DNA of 64,000 nt from a bacterium (GCA_965200245.1 CBDATS010000004.1:576001-640000), one strand, 5' to 3'. Numbered from the stretch's first letter, positions 32,352 to 41,124 are shown. Made by a program: numbers and translations. The notes: generated by a model from the letters alone, not told the origin.

Positions 32352-33023
32352 CTAGGTGCCAAGTCCTCGCAGTCGAAAGAAAGCGAGTGCCGTTAGGAAT
32401 ATAATTCGTAAGTCCATCCAGAACGAATAATTCAGTATATAATATAAATCGTGTTCCAGCTTTATCCTGTAATCTTCAGTCTGATCTACATATCCCTGTC
32501 GAATTTGCGCCCATCCAGTGATTCCTGCAGGCACGAGTTCCCGATATTTGAATTCGGGATAATATTTTTTGGCTATCTCTAGCGTTTTTATGTACTCCGC
32601 TCTCGGTCCGACGATGCTGATATCTCCCTTGATGACGTTCCAGAATTGCGGAAACTCATCGAGATGATAGCGGCGCAGAAAACGCCCGTACGGGTAAATT
32701 CTCAAGTCGTTTTCCTTCGTCGACATGGTTCCCTGCGGCTCGTCGGCATTTACGCGCATGGTCCTGAACTTGTAGAGCGTGAACAACCGTCCTCCTTGGG
32801 TAATGCGGGTTTGTGAATAAAAAATCGGTCCTTCGCTAGAGAGTTTGATGAAAACAGCAATCAAGGTTCCGAAGGGAAAGAATATGACCAGGGCCATCAC
32901 GCTAAGCCCCAAATCCAGAACACGCTTGCAAAGAAACTGACGACGGCTTAAAAACTGCCCGTCCTTCAAAGCGGACAATTTCCCGGCCCCGGGAAAAGAT
33001 TCCAACGGAACGCGACCTTCCAT
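32352..33023 (-). CDS. sugar transferase (polyprenyl-phosphate glycosylphosphotransferase)
   Basis: KRVLD, YKFRTM, LDEFPQFWNVIKGDISIVGPR, GITGWAQ. Confidence 0.92.
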   Translation of the reverse strand: MEGRVPLESFPGAGKLSALKDGQFLSRRQFLCKRVLDLGLSVMALVIFFPFGTLIAVFIKLSSEGPIFYSQTRITQGGRLFTLYKFRTMRVNADEPQGTMSTKENDLRIYPYGRFLRRYHLDEFPQFWNVIKGDISIVGPRAEYIKTLEIAKKYYPEFKYRELVPAGITGWAQIRQGYVDQTEDYRIKLEHDLYYILNYSFWMDLRIIFLTALAFFRLRGLGT

Positions 33024-33564
33024 GAATCTCCTCAATTCGCTTGAAGAACGCGTAGCACTTCATGCGTCCATAATATAATGCCGACCGCTTTTTTCGCTTC
33101 ACATTCGAGACGAATTTCTGGATACACGGGGAGTTGAGAAAATCAATACGAAAACACCAACTGAATTCGTCAAACCAAAATATACATTCCACCACACGAC
33201 TGAATGAGAAGATATTATCTCGGGTAACCAGAAACGGATGAGAGCAAGGAAAAACCCGGAGAAATGAACGAAGACAAATTCACAAATTTTCTCCGATCTT
33301 TAGAGAAGAAGTGAATTTCTCGCTTCGGAGCGGCGGCTCAATTTTGTACTTACACTATTCCCGTTCTAAAAACCGATGCTCGAAAAGAGACCAAAGCCCC
33401 AGTTAGACGGTTTTTCTTGTATCCGGGATGGTATTGATTTATGTCAGAACAAGTTGCTTCATGAGCCGGTAGTGTCTCACTTTGAAATTTTCCAAAAATG
33501 ATTGTATTCGCGTTTTTTCAAGTAGGTTACACGTTTTATTCACTTTTCATGGGAGGGAATGAAT

Positions 33565-33726
33565 ATGGCTACCGGCCCACAGGGGCAGAAAAGGCCGGGG
33601 GATGTTGTAGGGTGTGCTGTTCGTGTGGCACAGATTGCGACCGGTGAAGTAGTGGAAACAGAAAGTCAGGAAAATGCCCGCAAGGGCGGCCATGCAAGTA
33701 TCGCTGTTTTGAGAAGAAATCCATAG
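33565..33726 (+). pseudogene. small IS-end-associated protein (GPQGQKRPxDVVG...RKGG), 3'-truncated
   Basis: GGAGG RBS; near-identical inverted copy at 40402-40610. Confidence 0.7.
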
Positions 33727-33843
33727 TCCTTCGCAAGGTGCAGACTACCTCTGCCGTGACCTTACCTGGAATGATTTATTTACGATTTGACATGTCTGGC
33801 GGTCTGAACCGTCATACAATCCGCGGGGTGATTCTTCTTGAGA

Positions 33844-34842
33844 TCAATCTTCATACATGATCGACCAGCTTTCCCCCGGATATTTTTTCTGGGTTTCTTC
33901 CCATGTCATGAAATCACCTTTTGAATCATTTGGTGATGAGCCGAAATAACTGTAAAATCTACATCTTTCCCCCTGATTTTCGAACCCATGGCTTTTGGGA
34001 AGTTCACGTGATTCAAGAAATGCAAATTTCTTGTTTTTGATTCTGGTATAGTTTCCGTCGGCCTTATCTTTAATGAGCCTCGGGTTGAGCGTGAATTTGT
34101 TTTTGATCGGGTATTCTTTAATCTTGCCGGTCGATGGGTCGATCAGTTGCCCTTTCTTGCTTTCCAGAGGCAGGAATATGATATAGTCTTGGTCGTATCT
34201 CTTGCCATGTTTTATAAGCATGTCTCTGAGATATTCGCCATCCATGTCATTATTCGATTCATCTGCAATGAAGAGGGAATTTTCCTCAACGTCTATTCCT
34301 TCCTCTCCTTTTTTGGTTGTGCAGATTTCGTAGTTCTTTCTTGCGGCTAACTTGGCATAATATTCTTCATCGTTCTTAAAATCCCTTCTCTTGATTGCTT
34401 CACACCAACCTCCTGAAACATCAGTCACGCTAAACTTCAATTTTCTCACTGAGTCTCGCAGTTCTCTATGTCGGTTCATGTTCGTTTTGTATGAATAACG
34501 ATCTTTGAACGCGGATATCGTTCCACAGTTGTATTTTTCCCATTTTCTCTTTATCTTGGAGAAACCGCTTTCAACCAGTATCTCACCATGGGTTTCCAGT
34601 TCGATACAATCGCACCAGTGGTCTTTCGCAGGCTCTATGATTGTATCGCGGGCATTCCAGAGCCTGTCTTCGGTGATATACAGATTCGAATCATGGATCC
34701 AGTCTTCGTACATGTCCGCCATTCGCAATGCATATTCAGTAATTCTTTCCCCCCTATCGAGTTCTGGATCGGGGAACCCGACTTCATCCATGAATCGTTC
34801 CGCCATGCGTTTCTGGGTGATTTTTCTGGTTTTATGCAGCAT
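33844..34842 (-). CDS. acidic N-domain fused to phage-type SAM lyase (SAMase)-like domain
   Basis: ISAF, NMNRHR, TDVSGGWCEAI, VEE, YDQD collinear with T3 gp0.3 motifs as recalled. Confidence 0.65.
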   Translation of the reverse strand: MLHKTRKITQKRMAERFMDEVGFPDPELDRGERITEYALRMADMYEDWIHDSNLYITEDRLWNARDTIIEPAKDHWCDCIELETHGEILVESGFSKIKRKWEKYNCGTISAFKDRYSYKTNMNRHRELRDSVRKLKFSVTDVSGGWCEAIKRRDFKNDEEYYAKLAARKNYEICTTKKGEEGIDVEENSLFIADESNNDMDGEYLRDMLIKHGKRYDQDYIIFLPLESKKGQLIDPSTGKIKEYPIKNKFTLNPRLIKDKADGNYTRIKNKKFAFLESRELPKSHGFENQGERCRFYSYFGSSPNDSKGDFMTWEETQKKYPGESWSIMYED

Positions 34843-34866
34843 CGGATTTCCTTTATTTTGCCTTCG

Positions 34867-35241
34867 TCAAAAATTCTTGATAATTCCCATTTCATTCCGT
34901 GCCCGGTTCTTCATCAAGTCGTATTTCTCTTGAGTGTCGTCATTGTACATCGCTGTCTGTATTTCACTCGCCGCATTCGGGTGAGACGTGAAACTGTATC
35001 TGAACGTTCTCGGGCCGGTGGCCTCCAGCAATAATTCCGACCGATCTTCGAGCCAGTCAAGAACAGATTCGGTTAATTCATCTTTCGTCAGCTTATCGAG
35101 TTCTATGTTCTCCTCGATGGGCAGACGATCCATGAACGAGAGTACGGCATATTCCGGGTCCAGACACTCCATGATCTCGTCTGAATTTTCATCCAGTATG
35201 TCATACAGCGTTTCAATCAGGTAGTCGAGATAATCGTCCAT
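34867..35241 (-). CDS. highly acidic domain fused to a truncated RelE-like segment; paralog of 38501-39115
   Basis: 25 D/E versus 4 K/R in the first 73 aa; YSFTSHPNA..E...AM......YDLMK aligns with the paralog. Confidence 0.65.
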   Translation of the reverse strand: MDDYLDYLIETLYDILDENSDEIMECLDPEYAVLSFMDRLPIEENIELDKLTKDELTESVLDWLEDRSELLLEATGPRTFRYSFTSHPNAASEIQTAMYNDDTQEKYDLMKNRARNEMGIIKNF

Positions 35242-35257
35242 GCCTCCTATTTAGTCT

Positions 35258-36256
35258 TCATGTATCCCCGTTTCCTTCGTCCCGGAAAATTTTAAGGGGA
35301 TCACTCAAGATTCGACGACAATAGGGCAATGATCGGATAAACTCCCTCATGAATTCAAAGTCAGGGGAATCCTCTTTTGAAGGCAGCTTGATTTTCAACC
35401 TTTTCAGGCGTGTTTGACTACACTTTCTGCCGTAGTTGTATCTGAATTGTTCCATGTTCAATATGGTCACCAGAAACATGGCGATGTAACTGTCCATCCT
35501 GAATTTCGGATACAGGACTTCTACATGATCCGATGCGGAAAAGGGACGGTTTTGGTAAGTACAATAACCAATCACAGCACTCTCAACGGTCAATAGCCCC
35601 CTTCCATCCTTGTTTTCAGTATAGTAGTCATAGAATCCTCCGACTCCGTTATTTGTGTCCTGTGTTGTGATGTAGGGAAATTCACCCTCGCCCCTTTCTT
35701 CCAAATCCGCGAGCGGGGTTGTTTTTGAACCTGAAACATCAAATAGCTCCGCGATTCTGAACCATTTCCAGTCGCTTTCAAACAGATTTCTGTTTTCCAG
35801 GGAAGCAGGCTTCCCGCTAATCTCGGGTATTTCAATGCTGCCAACCCAACCAGGGATATCGTCAGGGACCAGTAAGTTGTACAGGGTTTTGTTCGCTTCT
35901 CTTCCATGAGAGGTGTAACGAAACCTGTTCCTGGCTATTGCGCAACAATAAAATACCTTTTGCCGGAAGCTCATATCCGACTTCGGGCGCAACACTTTGA
36001 TGTTTTGGGCCGTATAAAAGGGTTCTGGCTGGACAAAGGACGAAAGAAGATACGTGCCTCCGAGAGAAACTGTGATAAGTCCTTTCGGGTAAGGTTCCAG
36101 GCCCTCTATCGCACTTACCTTGCAATCAATCCCCAGGTTCTGCGATGACCTGGAGATGAAATGGGTCCCATCATCATCCAGAGACAATTTGTTCCTGTCG
36201 AGTTGATTCCCGTACTCGATATCGAAAATACATTTCAACGGAGTCAGACTAGTCAT
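35258..36256 (-). CDS. restriction-modification specificity subunit (BcgI beta-like)
   Basis: Two TRD repeats, FRYTSHGREAN / FRYNYGRK, PDFEFMREFIRSL; overlaps the stop of the RM gene. Confidence 0.85.
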   Translation of the reverse strand: MTSLTPLKCIFDIEYGNQLDRNKLSLDDDGTHFISRSSQNLGIDCKVSAIEGLEPYPKGLITVSLGGTYLLSSFVQPEPFYTAQNIKVLRPKSDMSFRQKVFYCCAIARNRFRYTSHGREANKTLYNLLVPDDIPGWVGSIEIPEISGKPASLENRNLFESDWKWFRIAELFDVSGSKTTPLADLEERGEGEFPYITTQDTNNGVGGFYDYYTENKDGRGLLTVESAVIGYCTYQNRPFSASDHVEVLYPKFRMDSYIAMFLVTILNMEQFRYNYGRKCSQTRLKRLKIKLPSKEDSPDFEFMREFIRSLPYCRRILSDPLKIFRDEGNGDT

Positions 36257-38099
36257 ATCTCACTCGAAAGGATACGTATTCTCTAATTGCCTTTTCAAAG
36301 TCTTCCGAATCCAGTTTTGAATAATCCGTTTCCATGTATGCTTCGGCACACCACTCATCTTCTGCTTCGATAGATTGTAAAACGCTCACGCCAGCCTTGC
36401 TTTCCCGGTTGAGAAAATGTCCCAACCATGCATTTTTGATTTCATCCCACGACCCCTTGTCGATCCGACCCATATTTTTCGTTTTCTCGAAACCGTCATC
36501 TTTGAAATAGCCAAAAAATGTCTTGTATCCCTGCCGATGAGGTATCCTGGCTTCAAAAACCATAATGCAGGTAACTACTCCGACAGGGTGGAACAAATCA
36601 TTCGGCATGGAAAATGCGCCGGACAAGTTGTGGTCACGAAGCAATTCTTCGCGAATTGAGGTAACTTTTGATGTTGATTCCGTCGCACAGCTCATTTGAA
36701 CAATCGCAACACATCTTCCCCCAACTGCAAGGCACTCTAGTGCGTTTTGTATGAATCTCAATTGTCCCTCCGGACCCACATCATATGGAGGGTTCAGAAA
36801 AGATACTGTTGGCTTGAATCCCTTTAACCTGGCCTTTTCATCCCCGGAGAAAGAATCGCCTTGATATATATGGGATTTGCCATCGCCACCCATCATCATG
36901 TTCGAACACGCATACGTAAACATGTCCGGTCTTTTTTCAATTCCTACCAACTGTTCTGCCTTGATTTGTCTCTTTTTTTGTTCGTCATTGCCAGCCAGCT
37001 CGAGCATTCGCTTCATTGCAGCCAACAGGAAACCACCCGTTCCGCAACAAGAGTCGAATACGACGTCATTCACGTTAAGATGCGCTATATCGCAGAAAAA
37101 CTCCCGGATATGTTGGGGCGTGAGAACCAATCCTGTCTTCCTGTCTGTGCCGGCATATCGGATGAATTCATTGTAGAAGCGGCCAAGAACATCATGGCCT
37201 TTATCTCCCATTTCCATGAGAGGGAGGATATTCGACTCTAACTCCTGGACAATGTCTCTCAACACATAGTTGTCTTCTTCTTTGATAGCCTTTTTCTTTT
37301 TGCTCTTTTTGTCTTTGGCGATGGCGTAATTTTCGATTTTCCTGTACTCACTTGTCATCGCTCTGACGCGGCCCTGATCTATCTGATTGTCTTGTAAAAC
37401 CTGCTCTATGCTTTCCACTACTCGACGGGCAACCCTTTCGGGGCTTGGCCTCGATTGGCTCGTTCTGGCTGCTTCCTTGTAGGAGTTCCTGAACGCATCG
37501 TTTTGTAGTGCCAGCAAAATAGCACTGATCAGGGTACATCTCTCATATTCAACGATTGAATAATCATTCAACTCCTTGTTCAGAAAAATTGCTGTTTTGG
37601 TGATTTCCTCGCTTTCTATCCTTCTCGCTACGACTTCACCCCGGGACTTGTTGATGTAGGAATATACGTCAAGGAGCTTTTCATCTTCCTGATGACATGC
37701 ATCTTTGCCTTTTGTGTAGTAAAAGGATGAAATTCTGATTTGTCCTTCTTCACTTCCACTCACAGCGATTGCCAGGACGTTATATTCAGGAATCAGGAAT
37801 CTGGCATAATGCGGGATGCCATCCACAGCGTAGTCTTTTGGGTTGGACCGATCTCGGCTTTCGTGAAATTTTATATCTGCCTTGCATTCAACCAGAATAA
37901 TGTCGTCAGGCTGACTTGGAAAACTGATAATGAATTCAGGATAACCGGGCTTGCCAGTTTGGTTTTTGGATGCTTTTGACAAGCATTCTCTGGCTCGGTT
38001 GAGGGAGGTTCGCTGTTCTTCAAGTTTAATGGTTTTGAACAAAGGGTCGCGTTTGAAGTGGTCTCGTACTATGTCCTCTGTCTTCCTTTCGTTCGCCAT
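36249..38099 (-). CDS. fused restriction endonuclease/N6-adenine methylase (BcgI alpha-like, type IIB/IIG)
   Basis: YPEF...VECK nuclease motif, DSCCGTGGFL, NPPY. Confidence 0.88.
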   Translation of the reverse strand: MANERKTEDIVRDHFKRDPLFKTIKLEEQRTSLNRARECLSKASKNQTGKPGYPEFIISFPSQPDDIILVECKADIKFHESRDRSNPKDYAVDGIPHYARFLIPEYNVLAIAVSGSEEGQIRISSFYYTKGKDACHQEDEKLLDVYSYINKSRGEVVARRIESEEITKTAIFLNKELNDYSIVEYERCTLISAILLALQNDAFRNSYKEAARTSQSRPSPERVARRVVESIEQVLQDNQIDQGRVRAMTSEYRKIENYAIAKDKKSKKKKAIKEEDNYVLRDIVQELESNILPLMEMGDKGHDVLGRFYNEFIRYAGTDRKTGLVLTPQHIREFFCDIAHLNVNDVVFDSCCGTGGFLLAAMKRMLELAGNDEQKKRQIKAEQLVGIEKRPDMFTYACSNMMMGGDGKSHIYQGDSFSGDEKARLKGFKPTVSFLNPPYDVGPEGQLRFIQNALECLAVGGRCVAIVQMSCATESTSKVTSIREELLRDHNLSGAFSMPNDLFHPVGVVTCIMVFEARIPHRQGYKTFFGYFKDDGFEKTKNMGRIDKGSWDEIKNAWLGHFLNRESKAGVSVLQSIEAEDEWCAEAYMETDYSKLDSEDFEKAIREYVSFRVRYD

Positions 38100-38280
38100 T
38101 TCAATACGCCCTTCCAGGCGTATTGAAATGGCGAAAAAAGGGGTTTTCTTGAAACAATCCGATGTTTTTGGGGAGGTTAGTTTACTAGCTGTGCCGCCCC
38201 CGTCAGTATACCAAGATTTTCCTTCATCATGCGATACGTCCTTTTAAGGGAACTATACCCCCCACAAAAGAAGACCGAAA

Positions 38281-38514
38281 TCACCGGTAGTCTTCAGGCC
38301 AGTCGCGTCCTGTTCTTTCGGCCTCAAGCCTGTCCCTTTCGAGGATTCCCATGAATGTTTTCTCGAATTTTTTGCGAGAAACCCCTTCCAGGCAGAATTC
38401 GATAGCTTCTTCCCGGAGTTTTTTGTCTTGCCAATTAACAAGAATGTGTCCGCGAGAATCATCAAGTTTCTTGTCTCGATAGGTTTTCTGTTTTGATTTC
38501 TTAAGGCCGACCAT
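38281..38514 (-). CDS. hypothetical protein overlapping the toxin 3' end (candidate antitoxin)
   Basis: 77 aa, GGAGG-type RBS, 14-nt overlap with the toxin ORF. Confidence 0.5.
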   Translation of the reverse strand: MVGLKKSKQKTYRDKKLDDSRGHILVNWQDKKLREEAIEFCLEGVSRKKFEKTFMGILERDRLEAERTGRDWPEDYR

Positions 38515-39115
38515 CTACTTCATCCCTCCGTCTTTTGGCTTTCTCTATTTCGTTTCGTGGTATACCCCTGCGTTTCTTCACAAACGCAGAGAGAACCCAG
38601 ATAATCCTTCCTCTCACGGTAAAGAAAACGCGAACCTGCCTGGGCCGGAAATACCGGATGTCATGGTCTTCGCGAAGTATTTCGACATGGGGATATCCCA
38701 TCGCACGAACATTTCTTCTCGCCATTCTTTTCATAACGTCATATCTGCGTCGGGTGGCCTCGTCACGCATGGCATTTTCTACTTCACGCGGTGCGCTTGG
38801 ATGATGCCTGAAGCTATAATTATCGTCTGATCCGGAAGCCTCCGATAACAGCTTTCACGTTTCCGCCCAACCCTCTACCGAGTCCTCGGCGACAGTCAAT
38901 AACCTATCATGGATGGCCTGTTCCGTCATCTCGAAGATGTCGGTGTCCACGTCCTCGTTCACGGCCCTGTAGTATCCGAGAGTCGGATCGCTGCCGAGAA
39001 CCTCGATCAGTTCCGAACGTCTCTCCGGGACATAATGCCCGACGTGTTCGCGTATCAGTCTTCGCGGATTGCGACTGTCGGCGATTTCTTCTTTCAGTTC
39101 TTCGAACGTAAGCAC
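38501..39115 (-). pseudogene. Ocr-like acidic domain + RelE/ParE (Gp49-like) toxin domain in one frame, with in-frame TGA at 38855-38857
   Basis: GWAET*KLLSEASG... runs in frame into VRVFF..RIIWVLSAFVKK..IPRNEIEKAKRR. Confidence 0.7.
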
Positions 39116-39187
39116 GTGTATTCCTCCCTGTGGAAATGTCCTGTTGTATCTATACGATTTCAGGAGGGTAGAACGGGGTTTAGAAAA

Positions 39188-39376
39188 CTACTCGCGATCC
39201 ATCCACTCCGCGGCAAAGTCGAGCAGTTCATCCTCGGTCGCCCTTCGTGCCTGCGAGATGTATCTCTCGACATGTTCCATGACGGCTTTTTCCGGGTTCC
39301 GGCTTTTCTCGATTCCGGTTCAGTGATCCTCTAAATCATCGAGAATATCCTCTGTGATTCGTTTCACTGAAGGTAT
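39188..39376 (-). pseudogene. stand-alone acidic domain of the same family (ATA start, internal TGA)
   Basis: AAGGAG RBS; ITEDILDDLEDH*TGIEKSRNPEKAVMEHVERY...DELLDFAAEWMDRE. Confidence 0.6.
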
Positions 39377-39507
39377 GGTTTTTCTCCTTGTAAACAAGAG
39401 TTCCGGTATCTATTTATGCGTTCGCGAGAAGGCAATTCCGGAAAATTTCTCCCTGTTTTGGGACCTTTTTGCCTGATGGCAAGCATGATATCTCATATAT
39501 TGTGGGC

Positions 39508-40380
39508 ATGAACAAGCTGCCGACATCAAAGAGAGTTCAAATCCTCAACATGCTGGTCGAAGGGATGTCGATGCGGGCCACCTCCCGCGTGGCAGGCGTT
39601 TCCATCAACACCGCTACAAAACTCCTCATCAAGGCCGGTGAAGCCTGCGCCGAGTATCATCACAGCCATGTGCAGGAAATCCAGTCAGAGCGCGTCCAGT
39701 GCGATGAGATCTGGTCTTTCGTCTATGCCAGGCAAAAGAACGTGGCGGGTGAGCAGGCTGCATCCGAAGACTCGGGCGATGCGTGGACGTGGACGGCCAT
39801 CGATGCCGATACGAAGCTGGTTATCTCGTATCTCGCAGGCGGGCGCGACAGCGGATATGCGGCCGAGTTCATGGAAGATGTAGCCGGGAGACTGGCAAAC
39901 CGCGTCCAGATGACCACGGACGGCCACAGGGCATATCCCGAAGCGGTGGAAGATGCCTTTGGCGGCGAGACAGGCTACGCCATGCTGTTAAAGCTCTATG
40001 GCCCATCGAAAGAGGAAGGCCGCTACAGTCCTTCGGAGTGTATCGGAACGCGCACCGCCACCATTACGGGAAGGCCCGATCCCGAGGATATCTCCACCAG
40101 CCATGCAGAACGCCAGAACCTCACCATGCGGATGTGCATGCGCCGTTTCACGCGCCTTACGAATGCCTTCTCGAAGCGTCTGGAGAATCACATTCACATG
40201 CTCTCGCTTTACTTCGTGCATTACAACTTCTGCCGGATCCACAAGAGCCTGCGCGTAACTCCGGCAATGGCCGCAGGCATGGATTCGCAGCTTCGTGACA
40301 TGGAATGGATCGTTCAGCTGATCGAAGCCTGCGAACCGAAGCCCGGCCGCCGCGGGAAATACAGGAAAATTTCAAAGTAA
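39508..40380 (+). CDS. IS1-family DDE transposase
   Basis: MNKL...LVEGMSMRATSR HTH, QCDEIWSFV, TTDG, ERQNLTMRM, HYNFCRIH; stop codon lies inside the TIR. Confidence 0.92.
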   Translation: MNKLPTSKRVQILNMLVEGMSMRATSRVAGVSINTATKLLIKAGEACAEYHHSHVQEIQSERVQCDEIWSFVYARQKNVAGEQAASEDSGDAWTWTAIDADTKLVISYLAGGRDSGYAAEFMEDVAGRLANRVQMTTDGHRAYPEAVEDAFGGETGYAMLLKLYGPSKEEGRYSPSECIGTRTATITGRPDPEDISTSHAERQNLTMRMCMRRFTRLTNAFSKRLENHIHMLSLYFVHYNFCRIHKSLRVTPAMAAGMDSQLRDMEWIVQLIEACEPKPGRRGKYRKISK

Positions 40381-40401
40381 GACACTACCGAAATTCCGTT
40401 C

Positions 40402-40610
40402 TTATTTCCTTGCCCATCGCGCCGCCGCGCTATTCTGCGCGATTTCTTTCCTGCGTTCTGCAGTAAGGTTTCTCGCTCTTGCGTGGCCGCCCTTACGAGA
40501 TTTTCCTGACTTTATGTTTCCACTACTTCACCGGCTGCAATCTGTGCCACACGAACAGCACACCCGACGACATCTGCCGGTCTTTTCTGTCCCTGTGGGC
40601 CAGTAGTCAT
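40402..40610 (-). pseudogene. second copy of the small IS-end-associated gene
   Basis: MTTGPQGQKRPADVVGCAVRVAQIAAGEVVET* then RKGGHARARNLTAERRKEIA...ARW after a frameshift. Confidence 0.7.
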
Positions 40611-40614
40611 AGTA

Positions 40615-40806
40615 TTATCTTCCCGTTCGTTCAATCAGGGTTCGGAGGGCAATCATGGATTCCTCATGCCTTTTCTCGAACTCGTTTGCTCTTTGCCTGG
40701 CATTCAAGTTCATCACATGGATGCCATACCATATGCCAATTAATACCCCATACGATTGGATGAGGAGCAGAATTTGAAACTAACCCATGCTATTGGAAGG
40801 GTCCAC
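40615..40806 (-). pseudogene. small membrane/coiled-coil protein with internal TAG
   Basis: LIGIWYGIHVM...RHEESMIALRTLIERT; resembles 61218-61490. Confidence 0.5.
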
Positions 40807-41046
40807 TTTTATCTCCTCCCATGACAAGTAAAAACATATGTCCTGCTTGACAAAAACGAAAGTACGATTATTTCTGGAAAATTTCAAAGTGAGACACTAT
40901 CCATGAGTCGGGCGCTTTTTTCCACGCCTCATCTCATGCATATGAGACGTGAACAGAGTGACGGCGCAGAAAACCGTCTCCCCAAGGCACGCATTGTTCC
41001 TCTCTCGCGCCGACCTACTTGCGGAAGAAATATCGATATTCGAACG

Positions 41047-41124
41047 TGGCGTCCCCAAGGGGATTCGAACCCCTGTTGCCGGCGTGAAAGGCCGGTGTCC
41101 TGGGCCAGGCTAGACGATGGGGAC
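41047..41124 (-). tRNA. tRNA-Glu(TTC)
   Basis: GTCCCCATCGTCTAGCCTGGCCCAGGACACCGGCCTTTCACGCCGGCAACAGGGGTTCGAATCCCCTTGGGGACGCCA. Confidence 0.97.

Larger units (their letters stand above)
33468..40901. mobile_element. IS1-family cargo transposon
   Basis: TIRs at 33468-33493 and 40876-40901 (25/26 match); flanking CATGAGCC/CATGAGTC; a third TIR at 40364-40389; transposase inside. Confidence 0.88.

Noticed and set aside
33844-35241. Programmed readthrough joining 34867-35241 to the SAMase-like ORF
   Set aside because: They are in frame, but the downstream ORF has its own AAGGA RBS and the phase could be chance; kept only as a note.
38855-38857. TGA in the Ocr-RelE fusion as selenocysteine
   Set aside because: No redox motif or evident SECIS; the paralog has non-Cys residues at this position.
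33844-39376. Prophage interpretation of the phage-like genes
   Set aside because: No structural, terminase or integrase genes; the boundaries are IS TIRs with a target-site duplication.
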